Positions 9,673 through 19,347 of a DNA stretch of 60,277 nucleotides are shown in pieces. A model generated the notes under the pieces. The model ran no database searches. It was given only the letters and a program-made list of their open reading frames with translations, and was not told the origin of the DNA. The stretch is from Caldisericaceae bacterium (GTDB lineage: Bacteria; Caldisericota; Caldisericia; Caldisericales; Caldisericaceae). The position numbers and the translations under genes were made by a program. How positions within the stretch are numbered: the first letter of the stretch is position 1; each line of letters opens with the position of its first letter. The DNA lies in the NCBI GenBank assembly GCA_049967855.1, contig JBMFRX010000008.1, forward strand, positions 1-60,277. The letters run 5' to 3'.

Positions 9673-10659
9673 TTAGAGCTCTATCGCGTGCCCAAGTTCT
9701 ATTACAGCATCTCCTCTGGTAATAGGGTCTTTTGGGTAATAGTATACAGCACTATCCTTTGAACCTGTTATTAAGCCTGCGTTATATGCTGCAATAATCT
9801 CTTTGTAGCCAAAGTACGAACTGTCCACATCAACAAATGGACTATGCGTAGCAGTTAAATCAAGCTTTATAGCTCTCACAAGCATAACTGTAAATTCTCC
9901 ACGACTGATTGTTGAGTTTGGAGCAAATTCAGTTGCGGATACTCCTTTGATAATTCCTCTTTTTACTCCTTCAGCAATGTAGTCGTAACCCCAAAAACCC
10001 TTGTACACGTCTTTAAAAGGAATAGAAGTGTATACGGAAGGTGTTATACCAAGAACTCTCATTATCAACACAAGGCCTTCTGTTCTCGTCAAGTTGTTGT
10101 CTGGCCTGAATGTTTGGTCGGGATATCCTTTCACTAGGTTTTTGCTCACAAGTATTGCAAGATACTTATTCAACGTAGGATCCGTAACATCTTTGAAAAT
10201 TGGCGCTTCACTTGGAGCTCCCACTACAAAGCTTTTGCTTGCACTGACCGTATTAGATACAGGCAAAGCAAGGAAAAAATTGATAACATAAGTACCATCG
10301 GGAACAAGCTTTCCTGAATTGTCTTTCATATCCCACGACTCTTTGAAAATCTTTGTCTCTCCAGGGCTTATTGTGAGATAGGTTATAACATCTGCAAATA
10401 ATCTGCCCTTAGACCACCTATAAATGGTTGTCCCATCTTTAGTAATTGTATAATCGTATATTTGAGAGTTGTTAAAAGTGTATTTGATTTGGTTAGAACT
10501 GTTGTTCTTCACGCTGAATGTAATGAGAACAGTATCGCCCTGAGAATAAGTGCTCTTGTCTGTAGAAACATTTGCGACAACATCTTGAGCTTTTACATTG
10601 CCAGGCAAAGTGCTCACGACTACTGCAAACAAAATAAAGATCAATAAAATCTTCTTCAT
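9673..10659 (-). CDS. Secreted BsuPI-like (proteinase inhibitor) domain + three SLH domains
   Basis: Signal peptide; TFNNSQIYD..RWSKGRLFAD..SPGE BsuPI pattern; SLH motifs GYPDQTFRPDNNLTRTE, FAPNSTISRGE, PKDPITRGD. Confidence 0.82.
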   Translation of the reverse strand: MKKILLIFILFAVVVSTLPGNVKAQDVVANVSTDKSTYSQGDTVLITFSVKNNSSNQIKYTFNNSQIYDYTITKDGTTIYRWSKGRLFADVITYLTISPGETKIFKESWDMKDNSGKLVPDGTYVINFFLALPVSNTVSASKSFVVGAPSEAPIFKDVTDPTLNKYLAILVSKNLVKGYPDQTFRPDNNLTRTEGLVLIMRVLGITPSVYTSIPFKDVYKGFWGYDYIAEGVKRGIIKGVSATEFAPNSTISRGEFTVMLVRAIKLDLTATHSPFVDVDSSYFGYKEIIAAYNAGLITGSKDSAVYYYPKDPITRGDAVIELGHAIEL

Positions 10660-10802
10660 TTTACCTCCTCCTCATCATTTAGACTCCAAAATACATCAAA
10701 AAGTTCCTTATATTATTATATACCACTTCAGGAAATTCTGAAAACCAAATCCACTTTGCAGGCACAAAACCATTTTCATTTACAATGGGACGTTAAATGG
10801 AT

Positions 10803-10840
10803 AAAAAACTAAGAGAGGGAGTGTTGCCTCCCTCTTTCTT
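10803..10840 (-). terminator. Intrinsic terminator after the TPR gene
   Basis: agagggag-N6-ctccctct stem with a nearby U-tract on the minus strand. Confidence 0.65.
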
Positions 10841-10863
10841 GAAACTTCCTATCTAAGTGAGTG

Positions 10864-12105
10864 CTATTTCCAGATACTATCAATAACTTCTTTTATCTCA
10901 GAGGCTAACTTCCCATCAACTTGAAGGGCTATCTTCTCGGCATCATCGTAAAATGCCTTTGCCTCATTGGTCTTTCCTAAAAAATATAAGGACTCTCCGA
11001 TGAAGAACTCTGCTGTCAGATATGTGAAAGGGTTTTTCTTCTGATCAAAAACACCAACCACTCCCTTAAAGTTCTCGATTTCCTTTTCAAGGAAAGATGT
11101 ATCTTTATCCTGCAAGAACTTTTCTCTCCTTGCCATCCCAAGCTCAAAGCTTGCTTTTGCAAATTCATTTGGGTAGTCGTCAAGAGTAAAAATAGAAAGG
11201 GCTTTTTCGAAATACAAGATGCTCTGTCCGAGCAAATCAATCTTGTCAGAACGCGAATCTATCTTTGAAAGCTTTGCGTAACAAATGCCTAAGTTATAAG
11301 AGGTTGATGCGTAATCAGTGGGTGATTCATCTTCTGTGTATGTTGAAAGAGCATTTTGAAAATGCAAAATTGCTTCTTCCAAATTTTTCTCTGCCTGCTT
11401 GTTTTCCTGAGCAAGTTCAATGAGAGCGGCGCCGATTTCATTCTCGCATGATGCATAATTCAAAGGATGGCTTGCCTTATTGTAAAAAACTTCTGCTTCC
11501 CTGAATGCAGCAATCGACAGATTAAGTTCACTTAAACTTCTCTCGTCATCTACAAGCTTTGCAAGAAGCAAGTGACCAACACCTTCAGCATTCTTCGCCA
11601 GTGCCAATGATTCAGCGTCACCTGACTTAAAAGCATCGTTTTCAACTTCAGTAAGGATACCAATCGCACGCTCAATATTTTCCTTATGGTTATTGTTTGA
11701 CAACCCAATTAAGGAATTGGCAAGATTATATTTCACATGAAATACTTTATCGGCATCCTTCTCTGCATCAAGCATTTTTAACGCTTCCTCATAATGCTCG
11801 ATTGATTTTTGAAGATTGAATTCCTTGTCCTCAATAAAGGACAGTTTAAAGAAAATATAGCCCTTTTGAGTCTCGACTTCTGCAGAGCTTCTTCCCTCAA
11901 CTTTTGTTACTATCTTCTCTGCCTCGTCAAAGTTAAGTAGGGCATTCATAAGGTTGGCTCGTGCATCTTCATATTCTGAAAGCAAAATATAGCTATTGCC
12001 CAGGGCAATGTATGTCCTGAGCTTATCATAGCTCGACTTAGCATTCTTGAGCGAAGATTGGGCTTCCTCTAAACTAGCCTTTATATCATTGTAAGCAACT
12101 TCCAT
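10864..12105 (-). CDS. Tetratricopeptide-repeat protein
   Basis: Repeated AL..YT....P..YA....NLG..Y units throughout; no catalytic domain seen. Confidence 0.85.
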   Translation of the reverse strand: MEVAYNDIKASLEEAQSSLKNAKSSYDKLRTYIALGNSYILLSEYEDARANLMNALLNFDEAEKIVTKVEGRSSAEVETQKGYIFFKLSFIEDKEFNLQKSIEHYEEALKMLDAEKDADKVFHVKYNLANSLIGLSNNNHKENIERAIGILTEVENDAFKSGDAESLALAKNAEGVGHLLLAKLVDDERSLSELNLSIAAFREAEVFYNKASHPLNYASCENEIGAALIELAQENKQAEKNLEEAILHFQNALSTYTEDESPTDYASTSYNLGICYAKLSKIDSRSDKIDLLGQSILYFEKALSIFTLDDYPNEFAKASFELGMARREKFLQDKDTSFLEKEIENFKGVVGVFDQKKNPFTYLTAEFFIGESLYFLGKTNEAKAFYDDAEKIALQVDGKLASEIKEVIDSIWK

Positions 12106-12121
12106 TTAACACTAATCCGAA

Positions 12122-13207
12122 TTAATACTGTTTATACCAATCTGCAGAGGCATTTGCCACCGCAATGTTAGCAAAGCTCTTGAACTGCTTATGTTCAAAA
12201 TATGGTGTGGAGTTTTTGCTTGCATACAAAATCTTCCTTGCATTCTCGACTCCTGAAGTCTGTAGCCAAGCAACCATATCGCTTTCCACAGGGAAGTACT
12301 TTGTGAATTCCTTCCAAACAGCTCTTCCTGCAAGGTACCCCGAAGCACCATTATTTGAAGCGATTTCAACGTTGTAGACAAACTCTTCAATGTCTACGCC
12401 TGCACTGAGTATTATCCAAGGTACACGCGAAGTCTTGGTAATCTGATAGCAAGCAGTTTCAGCATCTTTTACTGAGAATACCTCGTCTCGTTCTTTTCCA
12501 TCGAAAAATCCTCTGTGGAACTCCTTTACAAACTTCAGATTAACTGGGAATTCCAGCTTTAAGATGTCGACTCCATATTCTTCCTTGGAGAATTCACTTG
12601 CAATGTTAATGACTATTTCTGGTTTCTTTTTTGCAAAGTTAACAGAATCTGTTGAGGGTTCATCATCCTTGAAAGCAAATCCGACAGGCTCAAGAACAAA
12701 AGGAATGTCAAACTTCTTACATTCTGCACCTACACTTCTTACTACGTTCTCCTGGAACTCCTTTATTTCTGGACTTGAATCGGGACGATAATAAAGCAAA
12801 AGCTTCACCGCATCTGCTCCAAGTTTCTTTATCTTCTCTACGCTCCATCCATCCAACAGAATGGTCTTCTTTTCCCTTCCCTGATATCCTGCTGACTCAG
12901 TGCCACTTTTCTCGGTAGCAACAAGCAATGCAGAATTCTTGCTTAAATACTTCAAAGACTCTGGCACACCAAATTCTGGGTCGGTAAGCGTTGCACTAAA
13001 ATGAGGGGAAAGAACAGATGTAAGTAATCTTTTGGCAAAGGCAAGTTCACTATAGCCAATCTCCTTTTTGTCTTTACCTGCAGCACTCGCAAGCATCGTC
13101 TGAAGTGAACCACGTTGGTCAACTGCGAGCATTCTAAGTCTTCCTTCTGAATCTGCAAGCCTTGAAATTCCTTTCAGTTTGCCTGCTGTAATATTAACTT
13201 GTTCCAT
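12122..13207 (-). CDS. lacD: Tagatose-1,6-bisphosphate aldolase-like class I aldolase (LacD/YihT family)
   Basis: LAVDQRGSL, GADAVKLLLYY, GVDILKLEFP, LSAGV, GASGYLAGRAVW. Confidence 0.85.
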   Translation of the reverse strand: MEQVNITAGKLKGISRLADSEGRLRMLAVDQRGSLQTMLASAAGKDKKEIGYSELAFAKRLLTSVLSPHFSATLTDPEFGVPESLKYLSKNSALLVATEKSGTESAGYQGREKKTILLDGWSVEKIKKLGADAVKLLLYYRPDSSPEIKEFQENVVRSVGAECKKFDIPFVLEPVGFAFKDDEPSTDSVNFAKKKPEIVINIASEFSKEEYGVDILKLEFPVNLKFVKEFHRGFFDGKERDEVFSVKDAETACYQITKTSRVPWIILSAGVDIEEFVYNVEIASNNGASGYLAGRAVWKEFTKYFPVESDMVAWLQTSGVENARKILYASKNSTPYFEHKQFKSFANIAVANASADWYKQY

Positions 13208-13301
13208 TTTTTAAGACCTCCTTAAAAATTAATTATACAATAATTTTCTTCTAACTTTATATTATAATTAAATTGTGCATTTTTATGAATAGCATCAATC
13301 G

Positions 13302-14495
13302 TCAGTCAGTTGTAAAAGCCCTATTGAAAGTGTTCTTAAATATCTCTTCGATATCACTGAGAAACTCTTCTTGGCAATCTATGAAAATCGAATTCTTGCT
13401 TCCCCATACTCTGCCTGATGTAGCAAGCGCAAAGTCACTCTTAAGCGCATCGGTGTTAATTCCGATATTCTCGCCAAATGTAACCAAAACAAACAACCTC
13501 TCTCCTTTTGCATAAATCAGGGAGGCTAAATTGTTCTTATTCAACAAGAGCTTTGATAGAATACTTGCATTTTCGACAGTCATCTCTGGCAGTTCAACAA
13601 TAGAAAGCACCTTTCCCTTTGTGCCAATACCATTCGCATATATTTCATTTGCCGATGCAGCAAGAAATTTCTCAGTAAGTTGCTTGTTTACTTTCACTAA
13701 TTTACTTCCATCATCCTGAATGCGCTTTATTTTACTTACAAGGTCGTCCTCGCCAGTAGTTAGCATAAGAGAAATCTCGTTAAGAATTTGTGCCTTCTTT
13801 CTATAATCGAAGAGAGCCCTATTTCCTGCGACATAGTAGACTCTCGTAAGAGTTTTTTTGAAGTGCTCAGTCTTCACGATTTTGATGAGCCCAATCTCGC
13901 AAGTCACATCAACATGCATACCGCCGCACATTGAAATGTCAAAATCTTCTATCTCAACAATTCTTATTGGTCCTGCTATATCAATTTTCTTACGCAAATC
14001 CAATTTTTCCAACTCTTCTCTATTCACAAAATACTTATCGACCTTTCTATTTTCCATTACCACAACGTTAGCAAGATACTCTGATTCATCAAGAATGTCT
14101 TTTGACACATCGGCACTATTCAAATCTATTGTAGAGATAGCCTCCCCCATATGGAAGCTCACAGTTTCGATGTTTGCAACCTTAATGAAAGACTGTGAAA
14201 GTATGTGCTGCGCAGTGTGCTGGACCGAGAGATCCTCCCTTCTTTCAGCGTCAATTGAGCAACTAACCAGGGTTTCTTTTGGCAGGTCTGGCAAATAATG
14301 CAAAATCCGTTCGCCCACCTCAAGCACTTCGAGAACTTTTAAACCACCTATCGTTCCCCTGTCTCCGATTGAACCACCTTTGCCATCTGGATAGAATAAG
14401 GTATTGTCAAGAACAACAAAGTGTCCTTTATTATCCGTTCCTTGCTCAATTATGCTTGCAGAGAATTCGATGTCGCCCTTTTTGTTAATCATCAA
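13302..14495 (-). CDS. AlaX-L type trans-editing aminoacyl-tRNA deacylase
   Basis: TLFYPDGKGG, zinc motifs QHTAQH and CGGMH, C-terminal coiled coil and degenerate DHHA1. Confidence 0.88.
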   Translation of the reverse strand: MMINKKGDIEFSASIIEQGTDNKGHFVVLDNTLFYPDGKGGSIGDRGTIGGLKVLEVLEVGERILHYLPDLPKETLVSCSIDAERREDLSVQHTAQHILSQSFIKVANIETVSFHMGEAISTIDLNSADVSKDILDESEYLANVVVMENRKVDKYFVNREELEKLDLRKKIDIAGPIRIVEIEDFDISMCGGMHVDVTCEIGLIKIVKTEHFKKTLTRVYYVAGNRALFDYRKKAQILNEISLMLTTGEDDLVSKIKRIQDDGSKLVKVNKQLTEKFLAASANEIYANGIGTKGKVLSIVELPEMTVENASILSKLLLNKNNLASLIYAKGERLFVLVTFGENIGINTDALKSDFALATSGRVWGSKNSIFIDCQEEFLSDIEEIFKNTFNRAFTTD

Positions 14496-15297
14496 TCGTT
14501 ACGTATCCTTCAAAAACAAACTCAGCTGGCCCTGTAAGAAATGCACTGCTATCAACAAAGTCAACAATTAACTTCCCGCCTTTCATTTTCACAACAATAT
14601 GGTCACCAAGCCCAAAAATTCTCCTTGCAACAAACGATGATGCAACAGCACCTGTTCCGCAGGCAAGCGTCTCATTCCAGATACCACGCTCGAAAGTTCT
14701 CACTTTTAGGTTTGATGATTCAATCTCAACAAAGTCAACATTTATTCCTTTGGGAAAGAGAGCAAAATTCTTAGCTACCAAGACTGCCCGCTCTATATCA
14801 ACCTTATCAACGTTGTCCACAAAGTTTACAGCATGAGGCTCAGAAGATGATACGACAAAATATCTCGAATCCTCAATAATCATATCCTCAATTATGCTCT
14901 CGGATTCAGCTGATATGAACTTCCCCAATTTTTGCATACTTCCCATTTCAACTGTGAAACCACTGTCTTTCTTCAAGACTCTCTTTAAACCAGAGATAGT
15001 CTCTATAGTAACCACCTCAAGTTTTTCTTTTCTAAGCAGGTACAGCGCAACTGAACGAATCCCGTTTCCACACATAGCAGACTCGCTACCATCAGGCTCC
15101 AACACACGCATTCTAACTGTAGCAGTGTCACTTCTCTCAAGGTACAGGACGTCATCTGCTCCTATGGAGAAATGTCTATCACAAAGCATTTGAGCAATGC
15201 GAAGCGGGTTGTTTATCTTTTCGCGCCTTCCATCAATTATAATGAAATCATTGCCCGCGCCTTGATATTTCTCAAAATGTATAGTTTTGTGTTCCAT
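14485..15297 (-). CDS. dapF: Diaminopimelate epimerase-fold enzyme (DapF-like; specificity uncertain)
   Basis: GAGNDF, MCGNG and ERG..ETLACGTG with both catalytic Cys; atypical ADD, EPDG and EPH motifs. Confidence 0.8.
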   Translation of the reverse strand: MEHKTIHFEKYQGAGNDFIIIDGRREKINNPLRIAQMLCDRHFSIGADDVLYLERSDTATVRMRVLEPDGSESAMCGNGIRSVALYLLRKEKLEVVTIETISGLKRVLKKDSGFTVEMGSMQKLGKFISAESESIIEDMIIEDSRYFVVSSSEPHAVNFVDNVDKVDIERAVLVAKNFALFPKGINVDFVEIESSNLKVRTFERGIWNETLACGTGAVASSFVARRIFGLGDHIVVKMKGGKLIVDFVDSSAFLTGPAEFVFEGYVTIDD

Positions 15298-15332
15298 TTT
15301 CTTTTTGAATTCTCAATGAAAGGGAAATTTTG

Positions 15333-16589
15333 TCAGGTACTTTTCCTTTCTATTTTGCCACCGAGTTCAACAATTTTCTCCACAATTTTCTCATATCCCC
15401 TATCAATATGAAAAGGTTCGAAAACCTTGCTCTTCCCTTTAGCAGATAGTGCGGCAAGCACAAGCGAAACTCCTCCTCTGAGATCTGGTGCAATTACTTC
15501 GGCAGGTCTCAGCGACTGAACTCCTGTTACAATAGCTGTATTCCCTTCTAACTTGATATTGGCACCCATTTTTATGAGCTCTTCTGCTGCCCTGAAGCGG
15601 TTCTCAAAAATTGTTTCACTGATAATGCTCGTTCCTTTTGCAATAGAAAGTAAGCTCATTATTTGAGGTTGCGCATCCGTTGGAAATCCAGGGAACGGCA
15701 AGGTTTTGACGTTCACACTTTTAAGAATACCAGAATTCTTTATAGAAACAGAAGACCCACTATCTTCGATAACTGCCCCCATTTCTTTAAGCTTCATTAT
15801 GACAGGTTCAAAATCATGCGAGTTCACGTTTGTAAGGGTGACTTCTCCCTGCGTGATTGCTCCAAGAATTAGGTAGGTTGAAGCTTCAATTCTGTCGGGT
15901 ATAATTGTGTAAGAGGTTTTTTGAAGCTCCTTCACTCCATGGATTTTAATTACCCCAGACCCATTCATTTCAATCTTAGCTCCAGCGCTGTTAAGAAAAT
16001 TAACAAGGTCTTTTATCTCTGGTTCTTTTGCGGCATTTTCAATTACAGTGTCACCACTTGCAAGACAGGAGGCAATTATAAGGTTTTCTGTGGCACCGAC
16101 ACTTGGAAAATCAAGGTATATTTTCTCTCCCCTAAGGTTTCCTCGCACAGATGCATTGAGGTATCCCTTCTCCCAACCAAACTTAACCCCAAATGCTTCC
16201 ATTCCCTTAAGATGCAGTTCTATAGGCCGAGAGCCAATATTGCATCCACCAAGTGAGGGCAGAGAAGCTTTCTTATTTCTTGCAACAAGTGCTCCAAGAA
16301 GAGTTTGAGTCCCTCTTAAGCTTTTGTTCTCATCAAAGGGAACTTTATCAGAAATCTTTCCACTGAAATCAAATGTATATCCGTCACTTACTTTCTCAAT
16401 CTTAGCGCCAAGCTCCCTCAGAATATCGAAGAAGTTACTCACATCAAGTATCTCGGGAATATTCCTGATGTGAATCTTATCCTTTATTAGTAGAGCCGCT
16501 GACACGATCGGGAAAACTGCATTTTTAGCTCCAGATATTCTGACAGAGCCCTTTAGCGACTGCCCTCCTTCAATTGCAAAATATTCCAT
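15333..16589 (-). CDS. murA: UDP-N-acetylglucosamine 1-carboxyvinyltransferase
   Basis: GAKNA, GGCNIGSRP (Cys-type), SVGATEN, GFPTDAQ, DLRGG, HIDRGYE. Confidence 0.95.
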   Translation of the reverse strand: MEYFAIEGGQSLKGSVRISGAKNAVFPIVSAALLIKDKIHIRNIPEILDVSNFFDILRELGAKIEKVSDGYTFDFSGKISDKVPFDENKSLRGTQTLLGALVARNKKASLPSLGGCNIGSRPIELHLKGMEAFGVKFGWEKGYLNASVRGNLRGEKIYLDFPSVGATENLIIASCLASGDTVIENAAKEPEIKDLVNFLNSAGAKIEMNGSGVIKIHGVKELQKTSYTIIPDRIEASTYLILGAITQGEVTLTNVNSHDFEPVIMKLKEMGAVIEDSGSSVSIKNSGILKSVNVKTLPFPGFPTDAQPQIMSLLSIAKGTSIISETIFENRFRAAEELIKMGANIKLEGNTAIVTGVQSLRPAEVIAPDLRGGVSLVLAALSAKGKSKVFEPFHIDRGYEKIVEKIVELGGKIERKST

Positions 16590-16594
16590 AGTGC

Positions 16595-17710
16595 TTATCC
16601 TCCATTTTTCAAGTAGTTTGAAACAATATCGGCTATTCTTGCCCCTGCTTTACCATCACCAAACGGGTTTTTGATATTGCTCATACGCTTATATTCATCT
16701 TTGTTCTCTATCAACAGCTCGGAATTTTTAATTATACTTTCAAACGATGTCCCTACAAGCTTCACAGCTCCGCTCTCTATAGCCTCAGGCCTTTCTGTAG
16801 ACTCTCTTAAGAGAAGAACTGGCTTGCCTAAGGATGGAGCTTCTTCCTGGATTCCTCCAGAATCAGTCATTATAAAAAAACTTTTGGAAAGAAGATAAAT
16901 AAAATCGAGATAATCCATTGGTTCCACTAATTTAACATTGCTATTTGCACCAAGAATTTTATTTACCGTATCTCTGACAACAGGGTTTTTATGCACAGAG
17001 AAGACTATCTTGAGCTTCCCTTCGTATTTCTTACTTAGAAAATCAATGGCTTTGCATATTCTTTCCATTGGTTCGCCCCAGTTTTCCCTTCGGTGCGCAG
17101 TAACAATTATAAACTTCTCATCTTCGTTAAACGGAATTATTGCCGAGGTTTTTGCCTTCCTTTTCAAAATCTCATAAAGAGCATCAACAACGGTATTTCC
17201 TGTTACAAAGATATTATGTTCATCAAAGCCCTCTCTTAGAAGAGCTTCCTTTGCTCTTGCAGTCGGAGCAAAATACAGGTCTGAGATTGAATCCGCAAGT
17301 CTCCTGTTCATTTCCTCCGGAAACGGAGAAAACTTGTTGTAAGTTCGCAATCCTGCCTCTACGTGCCCAACGGGTATTTTCTCATAGAACGACGCCAACG
17401 CTGCAGCAAAAGTAGTTGTGGTATCTCCATGAACGAGCACCATATCAGGCCTTTCACTCCCAAAAAGCTGTTTCAAGCCCTCAAGTACCTTGACAGTTAT
17501 ATGCGTTATTGTCTGCCTATCTTCCATAACATTTAGATTGTAATTCACGGGCATTTCGAAAAGGTCTATTACCTGCATAAGCATCTCTTGGTGCTGGCTT
17601 GTTATAATTATCTTCGTATCTATGTCATCCTTCTCGTTAAGTGCCTTGAAGACAGGGTACATCTTTATTGCCTCAGGCCTTGTTCCGAAGACAAGAAAAA
17701 CTTTCTTCAT
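16595..17710 (-). CDS. wecB: UDP-GlcNAc 2-epimerase (non-hydrolysing, WecB/MnaA)
   Basis: FGTRPEAIKM, HGDTTT, HVEAGLRT, HRREN, TDSGGIQEEAP. Confidence 0.95.
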   Translation of the reverse strand: MKKVFLVFGTRPEAIKMYPVFKALNEKDDIDTKIIITSQHQEMLMQVIDLFEMPVNYNLNVMEDRQTITHITVKVLEGLKQLFGSERPDMVLVHGDTTTTFAAALASFYEKIPVGHVEAGLRTYNKFSPFPEEMNRRLADSISDLYFAPTARAKEALLREGFDEHNIFVTGNTVVDALYEILKRKAKTSAIIPFNEDEKFIIVTAHRRENWGEPMERICKAIDFLSKKYEGKLKIVFSVHKNPVVRDTVNKILGANSNVKLVEPMDYLDFIYLLSKSFFIMTDSGGIQEEAPSLGKPVLLLRESTERPEAIESGAVKLVGTSFESIIKNSELLIENKDEYKRMSNIKNPFGDGKAGARIADIVSNYLKNGG

Positions 17711-18684
17711 CGCGCACCAAATGCAACAAAGAGCCCTAACATAGAAAGTGCAAACGTGACACTATAGTACAAAATGGCTATCGCACTTTGAGACCATCCC
17801 CTCTTGAGCAGAAAATAGTGAAAATGGTCTTCATCGTACTTAAACGGGGAGGACTTGTGAAGTATTCTTCTTACAATAGATGTCATAACTTCACCTATAG
17901 GTATTGCAAGTGCTAAAAGAGGCACCGCTACGGAAATAAGAGTTGCGGTTTTGTATGCTCCAACGATTGAAATAACAGCAAGTAGGTAGCCTAGGAGCTC
18001 TGCTCCAGAATCTCCAAGAAAAATCCTTGCAGGGTGAAAGTTGTATATGAGAAAAGCAACAAGTGCACCGCTTATTGAAATTAGCAAAAGAGATAATGAA
18101 AGATGTCCTTTGAACATTGCAATGGTAGATAAGAATAATAAGGAGATTGTCGCAACTCCTGACGCCAGACCATCAAGCCCATCAATTATGTTAATCGCAT
18201 TTGTTATTCCGACTATCCAGATAATCGTGAAAATTATTCCTATCCATCCAAAATTCAAAACAGACCCACTTATAGGATTTGTTGCAGATGTAAACTTTAT
18301 TCCAGAAGCAACAACGACAAGTGCGGCGATAGTCTGAATGAGGAATTTTGCCTTTACGCTTAATCCTTTCTTGTCATCGAACAACATTCCTACAAAAATT
18401 ATGGTTGCCCCAGAAATAATCCCGATGATTTGCTTGCTTAAGCTATGGATTACTAAAGAAACAATTATCAGAGTAGCAAATATAGCTATGCCGCCGGTGC
18501 GCGGTGTAGGATTTGAGTGAATTTTCTCTCTGCCTTCGGCCGTTTTGGGTTTATCTATTATGTTGAATCTTTTTCCTATAAGAATTGAGATGGGTGTAAA
18601 AAATGAGGAAAGAAAAAACCCTCCCAGAAAGAACAGTTCTATCTCTACGCCATGTTTTACTACAAAAGAATAAATCTCTCTCAT
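17707..18684 (-). CDS. Undecaprenyl-phosphate GlcNAc-1-P transferase (TagO/WecA, MraY family)
   Basis: [48 protein letters not shown]; multi-TM. Confidence 0.92.
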   Translation of the reverse strand: MREIYSFVVKHGVEIELFFLGGFFLSSFFTPISILIGKRFNIIDKPKTAEGREKIHSNPTPRTGGIAIFATLIIVSLVIHSLSKQIIGIISGATIIFVGMLFDDKKGLSVKAKFLIQTIAALVVVASGIKFTSATNPISGSVLNFGWIGIIFTIIWIVGITNAINIIDGLDGLASGVATISLLFLSTIAMFKGHLSLSLLLISISGALVAFLIYNFHPARIFLGDSGAELLGYLLAVISIVGAYKTATLISVAVPLLALAIPIGEVMTSIVRRILHKSSPFKYDEDHFHYFLLKRGWSQSAIAILYYSVTFALSMLGLFVAFGAR

Positions 18685-19310
18685 CTTGTGCCGAAAAGCC
18701 TATCACCTGCGTCTCCTAGACCTGGAACTATATACCCATGAGAATTAAGTATTGGGTCAATCGCAAGAGTATAGATATTGACATCAGGATATGATGATTG
18801 AATCTTTTCAATTCCAGGAGGAGCCGAAATTAAACAAACGAAATCAATACTTGCTGGATGAACCTCTTTTACAAGTTCTATTGCTTTTACAGCAGACCCA
18901 CCAGTTGCAAGCATTGGGTCAACGATAAAAACGCTTGCTCCGTCAAGGTTAGCAGGAAGCTTGCAATAATACTCAACAGGTTGTAGGGTTTCTGGGTCTC
19001 TGTAGATGCCGATATGTCCAACTTTAGCGTTGGGAATAATTTGAAGAATGCCTTCCTCCATTATTATTCCTGCCCTTAGTATAGGCACAACAGCAACGTC
19101 TCCATCGATTATTTTGCCTATAGCAGGTCCAACGGGCGTTTCGATAGAAATATCTTTTACTTTGATGTTTCTGAAGATTTCATAAGCCATAAGTCCCGAT
19201 AATTCTCTTACAAGCTCTCTGAATTCCTTAGGGTCGGTTTCCCTTTTTCTAAGTAAGGTAAGCTTATGCTGAATCAATGGATGGTCAATTACTGTAACGT
19301 TTTTTTCCAT
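18681..19310 (-). CDS. upp: Uracil phosphoribosyltransferase
   Basis: [40 protein letters not shown]. Confidence 0.97.
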   Translation of the reverse strand: MEKNVTVIDHPLIQHKLTLLRKRETDPKEFRELVRELSGLMAYEIFRNIKVKDISIETPVGPAIGKIIDGDVAVVPILRAGIIMEEGILQIIPNAKVGHIGIYRDPETLQPVEYYCKLPANLDGASVFIVDPMLATGGSAVKAIELVKEVHPASIDFVCLISAPPGIEKIQSSYPDVNIYTLAIDPILNSHGYIVPGLGDAGDRLFGTR

Positions 19311-19347
19311 TTCATCTCCTTAACTATAAAAGATTTTTTATTTAACT

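Noticed and set aside
10864..12105. TPR-CHAT or NLR-like defence protein
   Set aside because: No caspase His/Cys domain or P-loop in the ORF or its immediate neighbours
15333..16589. Fosfomycin-resistant MurA
   Set aside because: Active-site Cys retained (GGCNIG)
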